Of a DNA stretch of 64,000 bases, positions 1-12,474 are shown piece by piece. The position numbers and the translations under genes were made by a program. The notes under the pieces are model-generated. The model searched no databases. It worked only from the letters and a program-made list of their open reading frames with translations, and was not told the DNA's origin. Position 1 is the first letter of the stretch; each line of letters opens with the position of its first letter. This DNA comes from Octopus vulgaris (Eukaryota): assembly GCA_951406725.2 (NCBI GenBank), contig OX597833.1, positions 3,286,001 through 3,350,000 of the forward strand, written 5' to 3'.

Positions 1-3000
1 CCAATCTGATTTAGGAAGGTTTCTACAGCTGGATGCCCTTCCTAACACCAACCACTCTGAGAGTGTAGTGGGTGCTTTTTACATGCTAGCTACAAGGGAA
101 TCAGTCAGGTGACACTGGGATTGATGATGCTCAAATGGTGCTTTTTACATGCTAGTGGCACAGGAGCCAGTCAGGTGGCACAGGCATTGATGATGCTCAA
201 ATGGTGCTTTTTACATGCCAGTGGCACAGGAGCCAGTCAGGTGGCACAGGCATTGATGATGCTCAAATGGTGCTTTTTACATGCCAGTGGCACAGGAGCC
301 AGTCAGGTGGCACAGGCATTGATGATGCTCAAATGGTGCTTTTTACATGCCAGTGGCACAGGAGCCAGTCAGGTGGCACTGGCATTGATGATGCTCAAAT
401 GGTGCTTTTTACATGCCAGTGGCACAGGAGCCAGTCAGGTGGCACAGGCATTGATGATGCTCAAATGGTGCTTTTTACATGCCAGTGGCACAGGAGCCAG
501 TCAGGTGGCACAGGCATTGATGATGCTCAAATGGTGCTTTTTACATGCCAGTGGCACAGGAGCCAGTCAGGTGGCACTGGCATTGATGATGCTCAAATGG
601 TGCTTTTTACATGCCAGTGGCACAGGAGCCAGTCAGGTGGCACTGGCATTGATGATGCTCAAATGGTGCTTTTTACATGCCAGTGGCACAGGAGCCAGTC
701 AGGTGGCACAGGCATTGATGATGCTCAAATGGTGCTTTTTACATGCCAGTGGCACAGGAGCCAGTCAGGTGGCACTGGCATTGATGATGCTCAAATGGTG
801 CTTTTTACATGCCAGTGGCACAGGAGCCAGTCAGGTGGCACAGGCATTGATGATGCTCAAATGGTGCTTTTTACATGCCAGTGGCACAGGAGCCAGTCAG
901 GTGGCACTGGCATTGATGATGCTCAAATGGTGCTTTTTACATGCCAGTGGCACAGGAGCCAGTCAGGTGGCACAGGCATTGATGATGCTCAAATGGTGCT
1001 TTTTACATGCCAGTGGCACAGGAGCCAGTCAGGTGGCACAGGCATTGATGATGCTCAAATGGTGCTTTTTACATGCCAGTGGCACAGGAGCCAGTCAGGT
1101 GGCACTGGCATTGATGATGCTCAAATGGTGCTTTTTACATGCCAGTGGCACAGGAGCCAGTCAGGTGGCACTGGCATTGATGATGCTCAAATGGTGCTTT
1201 TTACATGCCAGTGGCACAGGAGCCAGTCAGGTGGCACAGGCATTGATGATGCTCAAATGGTGCTTTTTACATGCCAGTGGCACAGGAGCCAGTCAGGTGG
1301 CACAGGCATTGATGATGCTCAAATGGTGCTTTTTACATGCCAGTGGCACAGGAGTCAGTCAGGTGGCACTGGCATTGATGATGCTCAAATGGTGCTTTTT
1401 ACATGCCAGTGGCACAGGAGCCAGTCAGGTGGCACTGGCATTGATGATGCTCAAATGGTGCTTTTTACATGCCAGTGGCACAGGAGCCAGTCAGGTGGCA
1501 CAGGCATTGATGATGCTCAAATGGTGCTTTTTACATGCCAGTGGCACAGGAGCCAGTCAGGTGGCACTGGCATTGATGATGCTCAAATGGTGCTTTTTAC
1601 ATGCCAGTGGCACAGGAGCCAGTCAGGTGGCACAGGCATTGATGATGCTCAAATGGTGCTTTTTACATGCCAGTGGCACAGGAGCCAGTCAGGTGGCACA
1701 GGCATTGATGATGCTCAAATGGTGCTTTTTACATGCCAGTGGCACAGGAGCCAGTCAGGTGGCACTGGCATTGATGATGCTCAAATGGTGCTTTTTACAT
1801 GCCAGTGGCACAGGAGCCAGTCAGGTGGCACTGGCATTGATGATGCTCAAATGGTGCTTTTTACATGCCAGTGGCACAGGAGCCAGTCAAGTGGCACAGG
1901 CATTGATGATGCTCAAATGGTGCTTTTTACATGCCAGTGGCACAGGAGCCAGTCAGGTGGCACTGGCATTGATGATGCTCAAATGGTGCTTTTTACATGC
2001 CAGTGGCACAGGAGCCAGTCAGGTGGCACAGGCATTGATGATGCTCAAATGGTGCTTTTTACATGCCAGTGGCACAGGAGCCAGTCAGGTGGCACTGGCA
2101 TTGATGATGCTCAAATGGTGCTTTTTACATGCCAGTGGCACAGGAGCCAGTCAGGTGGCACTGGCATTGATGATGCTCAAATGGTGCTTTTTACATGCCA
2201 GTGGCACAGGAGCCAGTCAGGTGGCACAGGCATTGATGATGCTCAAATGGTGCTTTTTACATGCCAGTGGCACAGGAGCCAGTCAGGTGGCACAGGCATT
2301 GATGATGCTCAAATGGTGCTTTTTACATGCCAGTTGCACAGGAGCCAGTCAGGTGGCACTGGCATTGATGATGCTCAAATGGTGCTTTTTACATGCCAGT
2401 GGCACAGGAGCCAGTCAGGTGGCACAGGCATTGATGATGCTCAAATGGTGCTTTTTACATGCCAGTGGCACAGGAGCCAGTCAGGTGGCACAGGCATTGA
2501 TGATGCTCAAATGGTGCTTTTTACATGCCAGTGGCACAGGAGCCAGTCAGGTGGCACTGGCATTGATGATGCTCAAATGGTGCTTTTTACATGCCAGTGG
2601 CACAGGAGCCAGTCAGGTGGCACAGGCATTGATGATGCTCAAATGGTGCTTTTTACATGCCAGTGGCACAGGAGCCAGTCAGGTGGCACTGGCATTGATG
2701 ATGCTCAAATGGTGCTTTTTACATGCCAGTGGCACAGGAGCCAGTCAGGTGGCACAGGCATTGATGATGCTCAAATGGTGCTTTTTACATGCCCGTGGCA
2801 CAGGAGCCAGTCAGGTGACACTGGCATTGATGATGCTCAAATGGTGCTTTTTACATGCCAGTGGCACAGGAGCCAGTCAGGTGGCACAGGCATTGATGAT
2901 GCTCAAATGGTGCTTTTTACATGCCAGTGGCACAGGAGCCAGTCAGGTGGCACTGGCATTGATGATGCTCAAATGGTGCTTTTTACATGCCAGTGGCACA

Positions 3001-5850
3001 GGAGCCAGTCAGGTGGCACAGGCATTGATGATGCTCAAATGGTGCTTTTTACATGCCAGTGGCACAGGAGCCAGTCAGGTGGCACTGGCATTGATGATGC
3101 TCAAATGGTGCTTTTTACATGCCAGTGGCACAGGAGCCAGTCAGGTGGCACAGGCATTGATGATGCTCAAATGGTGCTTTTTACATGCCAGTGGCACAGG
3201 AGCCAGTCAGGTGGCACTGGCATTGATGATGCTCAAATGGTGCTTTTTACATGCCAGTGGCACAGGAGCCAGTCAGGTGGCACTGGCATTGATGATGCTC
3301 AAATGGTGCTTTTTACATGCCAGTGGCACAGGAGCCAGTCAGGTGGCACAGGCATTGATGATGCTCAAATGGTGCTTTTTACATGCCAGTGGCACAGGAG
3401 CCAGTCAGGTGGCACTGGCATTGATGATGCTCAAATGGTGCTTTTTACATGCCAGTGGCACAGGAGCCAGTCAGGTGGCACAGGCATTGATGATGCTCAA
3501 ATGGTGCTTTTTACATGCCCGTGGCACAGGAGCCAGTCAGGTGGCACTGGCATTGATGATGCTCAAATGGTGCTTTTTACATGCCAGTGGACAGGAGCCA
3601 GTCAGGTGGCACAGGCATTGATGATGCTCAAATGGTGCTTTTTACATGCCAGTGGCACAGGAGCCAGTCAGGTGGCACTGGCATTGATGATGCTCAAATG
3701 GTGCTTTTTACATGCCAGTGGCACAGGAGCCAGTCAGGTGGCACAGGCATTGATGATGCTCAAATGGTGCTTTTTACATGCCAGTGGCACAGGATCCAGT
3801 CATGTGGCACTGGCATTGATGATGCTCAAATGGTGCTTTTTACATGCCAGTGGCACAGGAGCCAGTCAGGTGGCACAGGCATTGATGATGCTCAAATGGT
3901 GCTTTTTACATGCCAGTGGCACAGGAGCCAGTCAGGTGGCACTGGCATTGATGATGCTCAAATGGTGCTTTTTACATGCCAGTGGCACAGGAGCCAGTCA
4001 GGTGGCACTGGCATTGATGATGCTCAAATGGTGCTTTTTACATGCCAGTGGCACAGGAGCCAGTCAGGTGGCACAGGCATTGATGATGCTCAAATGGTGC
4101 TTTTTACATGCCAGTGGCACAGGAGCCAGTCAGGTGGCACTGGCATTGATGATGCTCAAATGGTGCTTTTTACATGCCAGTGGCACAGGAGCCAGTCAGG
4201 TGGCACTGGCATTGATGATGCTCAAATGGTGCTTTTTACATGCCAGTGGCACAGGAGCCAGTCAGGTGGCACAGGCATTGATGATGCTCAAATGGTGCTT
4301 TTTACATGCCAGTGGCACAGGAGCCAGTCAGGTGGCACTGGCATTGATGATGCTCAAATGGTGCTTTTTACATGCCAGTGGCACAGGAGCCAGTCAGGTG
4401 GCACAGGCATTGATGATGCTCAAATGGTGCTTTTTACATGCCAGTGGCACAGGAGCCAGTCAGGTGGCACTGGCATTGATGATGCTCAAATGGTGCTTTT
4501 TACATGCCAGTGGCACAGGAGCCAGTCAGGTGGCACTGGCATTGATGATGCTCAAATGGTGCTTTTTACATGCCAGTGGCACAGGAGCCAGTCAGGTGGC
4601 ACAGGCATTGATGATGCTCAAATGGTGCTTTTTACATGCCAGTGGCACAGGAGCCAGTCAGGTGGCACTGGCATTGATGATGCTCAAATGGTGCTTTTTA
4701 CATGCCAGTGGCACAGGAGCCAGTCAGGTGGCACTGGCATTGATGATGCTCAAATGGTGCTTTTTACATGCCAGTGGCACAGGAGCCAGTCAGGTGGCAC
4801 AGGCATTGATGATGCTCAAATGGTGCTTTTTACATGCCAGTGGCACAGGAGCCAGTCAGGTGGCACTGGCATTGATGATGCTCAAATGGTGCTTTTTACA
4901 TGCCAGTGGCACAGGAGCCAGTCAGGTGGCACTGGCATTGATGATGCTCAAATGGTGCTTTTTACATGCCAGTGGCACAGGAGCCAGTCAGGTGGCACAG
5001 GCATTGATGATGCTCAAATGGTGCTTTTTACATGCCAGTGGCACAGGAGCCAGTCAGGTGGCACTGGCATTGATGATGCTCAAATGGTGCTTTTTACATG
5101 CCAGTGGCACAGGAGCCAGTCAGGTGGCACTGGCATTGATGATGCTCAAATGGTGCTTTTTACATGCCAGTGGCACAGGAGCCAGTCAGGTGGCACAGGC
5201 ATTGATGATGCTCAAATGGTGCTTTTTACATGCCAGTGGCACAGGAGCCAGTCAGGTGGCACAGGCATTGATGATGCTCAAATGGTGCTTTTTACATGCC
5301 AGTGGCACAGGAGCCAGTCAGGTGGCACTGGCATTGATGATGCTCAAATGGTGCTTTTTACATGCCAGTGGCACAGGAGCCAGTCAGGTGGCACAGGCAT
5401 TGATGATGCTCAAATGGTGCCTTTTACATGCCAGTGGCACAGGAGCCAGTCAGGTGGCACAGGCATTGATGATGCTCAAATGGTGCTTTTTACATGCCAG
5501 TGGCACAGGAGCCAGTCAGGTGGCACAGGCATTGATGATGCTCAAATGGTGCTTTTTACATGCCAGTGGCACAGGAGCCAGTCAGGTGGCACTGGCATTG
5601 ATGATGCTCAAATGGTGCTTTTTACATGCCAGTGGCACAGGAGCCAGTCAGGTGGCACAGGCATTGATGATGCTCAAATGGTGCTTTTTACATGCCAGTG
5701 GCACAGGAGCCAGTCAGGTGGCACAGGCATTGATGATGCTCAAATGGTGCTTTTTACATGCCAGTGGCACAGGAGCCAGTCAGGTGGCACAGGCATCAGT
5801 CATAACTACGACTTCACTTGATTCAGCAGGTCTTCTCAAGCACAGCATAT
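1..5850 (-). mobile_element. RTE-LINE 3' UTR copy (minus strand) hosting an expanded internal satellite
   Basis: Left flank ttctacagctggatgcccttcctaacaccaaccactctgagagtgtagtgggtgc and right flank cacttgattcagcaggtcttctcaag match the reverse complement of the 3' UTR that follows the RTE ORF end at 22694-23200. Confidence 0.8.
71..5797. repeat. 66-bp tandem satellite, ~87 near-identical copies
   Basis: Unit ttgatgatgctcaaatggtgctttttacatgccagtggcacaggagccagtcaggtggcac(a/t)ggca. Phase recurs every 660 bp and the ORF track shows a 22-aa repeat. There is a 1-bp deletion near 3590. Confidence 0.97.
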
Positions 5851-5976
5851 TGCCCAACGACTGAAGGGTAAAATGGGAATCAAAAGGGGTCCTTAGGGAA
5901 AAACAGACAAGAATCAATACTTAAGGGTTTATTGTAATAATGGATGGGTAGTTAAGGGGTCATACTTCCATACTAA

Positions 5977-6363
5977 TCTCTCTATATATAAAGCTGAAGT
6001 TGTCTTCAGTGTATGGCAGGCTTGGTCGCCTTCACTGTCTCCTCCGAGACCCTGTGGTGCAAGTTGACCAAAATTGAGAGTATGATAGAAGAAGGCTTGC
6101 TCTTCCTTCCGTAGAAGAAAAAATTCAAATCGGACCCTGTTAACACCAAAAATCATTTACATCAAAAAGGTGCTTTTTTCTATGAAAATCCCTATTTTTT
6201 ACGATTTTTTGACTGCTGTGTCGCCATTTTTCGGTGTATTTCAATCAGAAAAATGTTCACTTAAAGAGAATAACAATCTACATAATGAAAAATTTTTACT
6301 TTTCAAAAATTCCAATTCTAAAGGGTCGAAACAAACCCGAGCAACGCTGGGTGATACTGCTAG
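5977..6363 (+). mobile_element. Non-autonomous Helitron-like element
   Basis: Starts TCTCTCTATATATAAAG after an A, has a subterminal hairpin cccgagcaacgctggg and ends CTAG. No TIR or TSD. Homologous to 13530-13894 and 38040-38295. Confidence 0.75.
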
Positions 6364-6791
6364 CTACAGCTAAATTTATAATTAGCTTCTCATATGAGCT
6401 TAAACGTTATCTCTTTATTGTTTGTGCTGTTATTGTTGATATTTATTCAATTACGAAGTGTACGTGTGCCTGGATTATAAACGACTCGGACTAGATTATC
6501 TGGGGGTTATACGATAACCCCCCCACCCCACCGATGACACATGTGTGACAAACAATTGGATGATGTTGAAAGAAATAAAAATGATAATTAAATGAATAAA
6601 TAATTGCTGATGTTAGATTGGGAAAACAATGTAACACTTATAATTGTTGTTGTAGTTGTTGTTAAAAAGAATAAGAATAACAACAATGAAATAATAAAGT
6701 ATGTGTCTTTATATATATATATATGTGGTTCGTTAGTTACTGCACGCATTTTTTTTCTCTCCTTCTTTCTGTGTTTTTTTCTCTCTGTGTA

Positions 6792-6829
6792 TCTTTCTGT
6801 TGAAGAGCGTAGGCTCGAAACGTTAAAGA
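6792..6829 (+). ncRNA. Minimal hammerhead-like motif with variant core (CTGTTGA), in a short Penelope-type element (~6724-6930) between (TA)n tracts
   Basis: tcttt CTGTTGA a gagc-gtag-gctc GAAA cg t t aaaga. Stem I tcttt/aaaga, stem II gagc/gctc, palindromic ACGT stem III. A6 is replaced by T. Confidence 0.6.
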
Positions 6830-6937
6830 CTTGTTTTATTTATATTTCCTGAGCGCCATACTAATACAATTGTTTGTTTGTTTTCCACCTGCCTTCGTCT
6901 TTTCTCTATTTTCATAAAGCTTCCCATTATATATACA

Positions 6938-7024
<87 letters not shown>

Positions 7025-7080
7025 ATATATATATACACACATGCACACACACACATGTACATATACACGTGTATATACCC

Positions 7081-7287
7081 TTTTATTCCTTTATTTGTTT
7101 CAGTCATTTGACTGTGGTCATGCTGGAGCACCACATTTAGTCAGACAAATCGACCCCAGGACTCATTCTTTGTAAGCCTAGTACTTATTCTATCGGTCCC
7201 TTTTGCCGCACTGCTAAGTTTCAGGGACATAAACATACCAGCATCGGTTGTCAAACAATGGTGGGGGGGACAAACACAGACAAACAA

Positions 7288-7336
<49 letters not shown>

Positions 7337-7493
7337 CAAAAGGCTTCTTTCAGTTTCCATCTACCAAATCCAAGGCTTTGGTTGGCCTGAGGCTATAGTA
7401 GAAGACACTTGCCCAAAGTGCCATGCAGTGGGACTGAACCTGGAACCATGTGGTTGGTAAGCAAGCTACTTACCACACAGCCACTCCTGTGCC
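7081..7493 (-). mobile_element. tRNA-headed SINE family A
   Basis: Reverse complement of the consensus ggcgcaggagtggctgtgtggtaag...ggttcagtcccactg...ttgggcaagtg...(TA/TG)n...ccagcatggccgcagtcaaatgactgaaac. Confidence 0.9.
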
Positions 7494-7512
7494 TGTATAT
7501 ATATCTACATAT

Positions 7513-7877
7513 ACGACAACGAGGGTTCCAGTTGATTCAATCAATGGAACAGCCTGCTCATGAAGTTAGCATGCAAGTTGCTGAGTACTCCACAGACTTG
7601 TGTAGCCTTAATGTAATTCTCGGGGGAGATTCAGTGTGATAGAGAGTGTAACTAGGCTGGCCCTTTAAAATACAAGTTCAACAGAAAGAAAGAGTGAGAG
7701 AAAGTTGTGGTGAAAGAGTACAGCAGGGTTCACCACTCCAACTCCTCCTTCTGAGCCTTGTGAATCTTTTAGGTGTTTTTGCTCAATAAACCCTCACAAC
7801 GCCCAGTCTGGGAATCGAAACTGCAATCCTATGACCATGAGTCCGGTGCCATAACCACTGGGCCATTGTGCCACCAC
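7513..7877 (-). mobile_element. tRNA-headed SINE family C (tail type 1)
   Basis: Reverse-complement head gtggtggcacaatggcccagtggttatgg...gtttcgattcccagactgggcgttgtgag is shared with the copies at 43843, 51027 and 60451. Confidence 0.85.
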
Positions 7878-8002
7878 ATACACACACACACACACATACA
7901 AACACACACACAAACATGCACACATACATACACATATATGTGTGTATGTGTGTGTATATATATGTATATGTATTTGCACATATCTAATATATACATATAT
8001 AA

Positions 8003-8460
8003 TTGATAATGCAAAGATCCTGTGGGATTTTATGTTTCAGTATGACCATGAGATAGAAAATAGGAAACCAGACATAGTGTTAATTGAGAAAGAAAACAAA
8101 CTATGCTGGATCATAGATATAGCATGACCAGCTGACAACAAGGCATGCGATAAGGAAGAAAGAAAAGTCGAGAGATATGACAGGTTAGCTTGGGAGGTTA
8201 AGCAGTTGTGGTCATTGAAAAAGGTGGTAGTAGTACCAATAATTGTCGGAGCCCTGGGAACAGTGAGTAAAATTCCCGAGAAGTATGTGGAATAAATAGG
8301 GGCTGCAATAAGGGTGGATCACTTGCAGAAAACAGCACTGCTTGGAACTGCTCGAATACTCTGGATGGTGCTCGAAAAATAAGAGGTGTTACCTTAGTTC
8401 ACTGGTAGTGAACAGCTGACACTGTAGTACATCTCCAGCGTTAGAAGCTGTGCAAAGGCA
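8003..8460 (+). mobile_element. 5'-truncated R4/Dong-like LINE 3' end (restriction-like endonuclease), decayed
   Basis: Translates as KILWDFMFQYDHEIENRKPDIVLIEKENKLCWIIDIA*PAD...KVERYDRLAWEVKQLW...VPIIVGALGTV...LQKTALLGTARIL (PD-(D/E)xK-type RLE). It is followed by (TAA)n. Confidence 0.85.
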
Positions 8461-8478
8461 ATAATAATAATGATGATG

Positions 8479-8531
<53 letters not shown>

Positions 8532-8533
<2 letters not shown>

Positions 8534-9087
8534 CCCTGATGCAGTACCAGGCAGTGGCTCTCATGGCTTCTGATCTTAACTGATTGGAAGTGTTATCATG
8601 TACATTGTTTTGTCTTGGTATAAAAGATGGGCTACAGCAAATATTCTGCTCAATACCACAGATTTGCTTGTCAGTTGTTTGACCTTAACCAGTTGAGCAT
8701 GTCCCTTAGTGGCTGACGATATGTGCATCTCTGATCACGAGCAGAAGTAGTGGGGGAGCATCATAGCCATGTGTTGAGAGGGATTCTTTGGGGTTTGAAT
8801 AGTTCACCTCTGGAAACATGGGTGGTTCTTTCAACATCCTTAAACAACCCTTATTCAGGGACAGTTTGAGCGGGATGGGCTACTCAACCTGAAGAAAATT
8901 CTAACTGGGCCCCACCTGCAAGGTCATGTGCTGTTTATCTTGATATGAGATCACCATGTCGCGCACATATGGTTGTGATGCATGTGCCTGGTGTACCTTT
9001 ATCAGACGGGTAGTCATGATGGGTATATTGGGCTTTGTATATTTTACCCCAGTGTCACTTTGATGGCATGAACTGCTCTCTCACTCA
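8532..9087 (+). mobile_element. Unclassified ~555-bp element bounded by (TAA)n, probably a LINE 3' UTR or non-autonomous element
   Basis: Complex sequence with sharp (TAA)n boundaries on both sides, lying between two RLE-LINE ends. No ORF recognised. Confidence 0.45.
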
Positions 9088-9121
9088 ATAATAATAATAA
9101 TAATAATAATAATGATAATAA

Positions 9122-9512
9122 ATAGACTTTGAAATAAAAATCAGCAAAATGTGGAACCTGAAGACTAAAACAATACCTGTTGTCATAGGTGCCCTGGGAA
9201 TGATAGCAAAAGGGGCTGATTGCTACCTAGCTCAGATACCAGGAAACCCAAAAATGGCAGAAATTCAAAAGACAGTGCTCGTGGGAACTGTTCATATCCC
9301 ACGCAAAATACTTTCTATGTAATCTCAAGGTTTAAAACAAACATAATTTTCATATGTTTTTTTAGACATTCACTAGTACAACACTAAATACAAAACCAAA
9401 TATATGGCACCCTAGGCATAACACCAACATGAACTTCCAACTTGTCTCTTGAGGTCTCTGGGTGAGACTTGGAGCCAACTTGTACAAATACAAAGCAAAA
9501 GTCAAACATAGA
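9122..9512 (+). mobile_element. 5'-truncated R4/Dong-like LINE 3' end
   Basis: EIKISKMWNLKTKTIPVVIGALGMIAKG...IQKTVLVGTVHIPRKILSM* plus 3' UTR, with (TAA)n on both sides. Confidence 0.82.
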
Positions 9513-9691
9513 ATAATAATAATAATAATAATGATAATAATTTAAATGGCGTTAAATTTTGCCACAAGGGCAGCCATTTAGGGGAGCGGCTGAGTCGATT
9601 ACATCGACCTCAGAATTTCACTGGTACTTAATTTATTGAACCTAAAAGGTTGAAGGCTAAAATAATAATAATAATAATAATAATATTATAA

Positions 9692-10108
9692 TAGGAGTGG
9701 CTGTGTGGTAAGTAGCTTGCCTACCAACCACATGGTTCTGGGTTCAGTCCCACTGCGTGGCATCTTCGGCAGGTGTCTTCTGCTATAGCCCCGGGCCGAC
9801 CAATGCCTTGTGAGTGGATTTGGTAGATGGAAACTGAAAGGAGCCTGTCGTATATATGTATATATATATGTATGTGTGTATATGTTTGTGTGTCTGTGTT
9901 TGTGCCCCTAGCATTGCTTGACAACTGATGCTGGTGTGTTTACGTCCCCGTCACTTAGCGGTTCGGCAAAAGAGACCGATAGAATAAGTACTAGGCTTAC
10001 AAAGAATAAGTCCCGGGGTTGATTTGCTCGACTAAAGGCGGTGCTCCATCATGGCCGCAGTCAAATGACTGAAACAAGTAAAAGAGTAAAAGAGTAAAGA
10101 GTAAGAGT
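9692..10108 (+). mobile_element. SINE family A, near full length
   Basis: A box tggctgtgtgg, B box ggttcagtccc, central (TA/TG)n and a (gtaaaaga)n tail. Confidence 0.92.
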
Positions 10109-10339
10109 AATAATGATAATAATAATAATAAAACTACTGAATAATAATAATCATACATTAGACAGGAGAAGTATGAGAGAATAGGAGATGATATGTGAGT
10201 GTGTAGGCCGCAAGAGTGTGAATGGAGAGAAAGACATGGTATGTGTGGAGTGTGGAGGAGGGGTTACTGTGTGGCATTATGGGTAACTCAACAGGAAGTG
10301 GTCCAAAGGAAAGGGAGAAGAAGAGATAATTTGGTAGCA

Positions 10340-10360
10340 TTTATATTATAAATATATAAT

Positions 10361-10395
<35 letters not shown>

Positions 10396-10567
10396 AACAT
10401 CATAAACATTTTAAATATATGTTTATATAATATATATTCACTTGTTGATTCTTTTGTATTACAGCTATTATTTTACCATGTTGGGATGGGTTATGCGTGT
10501 ATGTGTGTATATAAGTGCATTTGTTTGCGTATGTAAGTGTCAGTGTGTTTATATATACATACATACA

Positions 10568-10606
<39 letters not shown>

Positions 10607-10719
10607 CTTATATCTATATGTTTATATATATATGTATGTATATATATATGTATATATATATATATATATACATGTGTGTATATATATATATATATATATA
10701 TTTTGTGTGTATATGTTTG

Positions 10720-10771
<52 letters not shown>

Positions 10772-10915
10772 TTTATTATTTTTAATTGGCGGAAATTACG
10801 AAAGTGACTGAGAGGATGAGAGTTTTATGCATTACCCTATATATATATATGTATATATATATACACACACACACATATATAATATATATATAGTACATAT
10901 ATATATATATATACA
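10340..10915. repeat. (TA)n-rich microsatellite field
   Basis: Direct reading. Confidence 0.9.
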
Positions 10916-11162
10916 CGTGTTTTCATAAACACATGTATGCATGCACTTTCATAGTTGTGTATATACGTTACGAAACACACAAGACACAAGCACTACCCAC
11001 CTCCATTACAACAACGACCGACAAATGTAATTGTATATTTATATGTTTCGGGAAGAGAGCCAGTATCTAAGATTGATTGTAGCAATTCAATATGTCAAAG
11101 GGGGTGGGGATGGGGGTGAGGGTGGGCGGGGAAACAAAGCATTAACACGCAACAAGAAGGAC

Positions 11163-11182
11163 ATAACAATAATAATAATAAC

Positions 11183-11234
<52 letters not shown>

Positions 11235-11259
11235 GCAATAATAATGATGATGATGATGA

Positions 11260-11291
<32 letters not shown>

Positions 11292-11345
11292 CTAATAATA
11301 ATAATAATAAGGATGATGATGATGATGATGATGATAATAATAATG

Positions 11346-11383
<38 letters not shown>

Positions 11384-11449
11384 TATAATAATAATAATAA
11401 TAACAACAATAATAATGATGATGATGATGATAATAATAATTATAATAAT

Positions 11450-11526
<77 letters not shown>

Positions 11527-11600
11527 TCATAATAATAATAATAATAATATTAATAATAATAATGATCATAATAATAATGATAATAATAATAATAATAATA
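11163..11600. repeat. (TAA)n/(TGA)n microsatellite
   Basis: Direct reading. Confidence 0.95.
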
Positions 11601-11820
11601 ACACAGAAAACGAGAAAGCAACACAGAAAACGAGAAAGCAACCCACAGAAAACGAGAAAGCAACCACAGAAAACGAGAAAGCAACCCATAGAAAACGAGA
11701 AAGCAACCCACAGAAAACGAGAAAGCAATAACACAGAAAACGAGAAAGCATAACACAGAAAACGAGAAAGCAACCACAGAAAACGAGAAAGCAATAACAC
11801 AGAAAACGAGAAAGCAACCA
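11601..11820 (+). repeat. ~21-23-bp minisatellite (cacagaaaacgagaaagcaac), ~10 copies
   Basis: Direct reading. The last unit runs in frame into the LINE ORF (TENEKATI.WD). Confidence 0.9.
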
Positions 11821-12278
11821 TACCCTGGGATATGCCGATACACACAGATAGAGAAATTAAGGCCAACAGACCAGATATAGTTGTCAGAGACCACGAAGAA
11901 AAAAATGCTTTCTAATTGATGTATCAATACCGGCAGATGACAACGTGTCTCTAAAAGAAATGGAGAAACTCTCAAAATACAAAGACCTGGAAATAGAGGT
12001 AACTAGAATGTGGAATCTGAAAGCAGAAACAATTCCTATCATAGTAGGTGCATTAGGCATGATAAAAAAATATTCAGACAAATACATAACAAAAACACCA
12101 GGACTTACAAACACATATAACATACAGAAAATTGCACTACTAGGCACTGCACACATCCTACGCAGAACACTTTCCATACAATAACCATCAGAGCATCACA
12201 ACAAATCACAGCACATCCCCAAGGCACACAGAGCTGTACTCGGTAGTGAAGTGGAAGCACGCTATAAAAACAAAACTA

Positions 12279-12282
<4 letters not shown>
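11797..12282 (+). mobile_element. 5'-truncated R4/Dong-like LINE 3' end (RLE)
   Basis: WDMPIHTDREIKANRPDIVVRDHEE...IDVSIPADDNVSLKEMEKLSKYKDLEIEVTRMWNLKAETIPIIVGALGMI...IQKIALLGTAHILRRTLSIQ*. The UTR ends aaactactga(ata)n. Confidence 0.88.
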
Positions 12283-12335
<53 letters not shown>

Positions 12336-12354
12336 GATGATAATAATAATAATG

Positions 12355-12403
<49 letters not shown>

Positions 12404-12423
12404 TGATAATAATAATAATAATG

Positions 12424-12474
<51 letters not shown>

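Noticed and set aside
71-5797. CRISPR-like array (also 35180-35880)
   Set aside because: No unique spacers, no cas genes, and a eukaryotic repeat context.
109-5864. 1170-, 1887- and 746-aa ORFs
   Set aside because: Artefacts of a 66-bp (22-codon) unit lacking stops in two frames. Frames swap at a 1-bp deletion and the unit derives from a LINE UTR.
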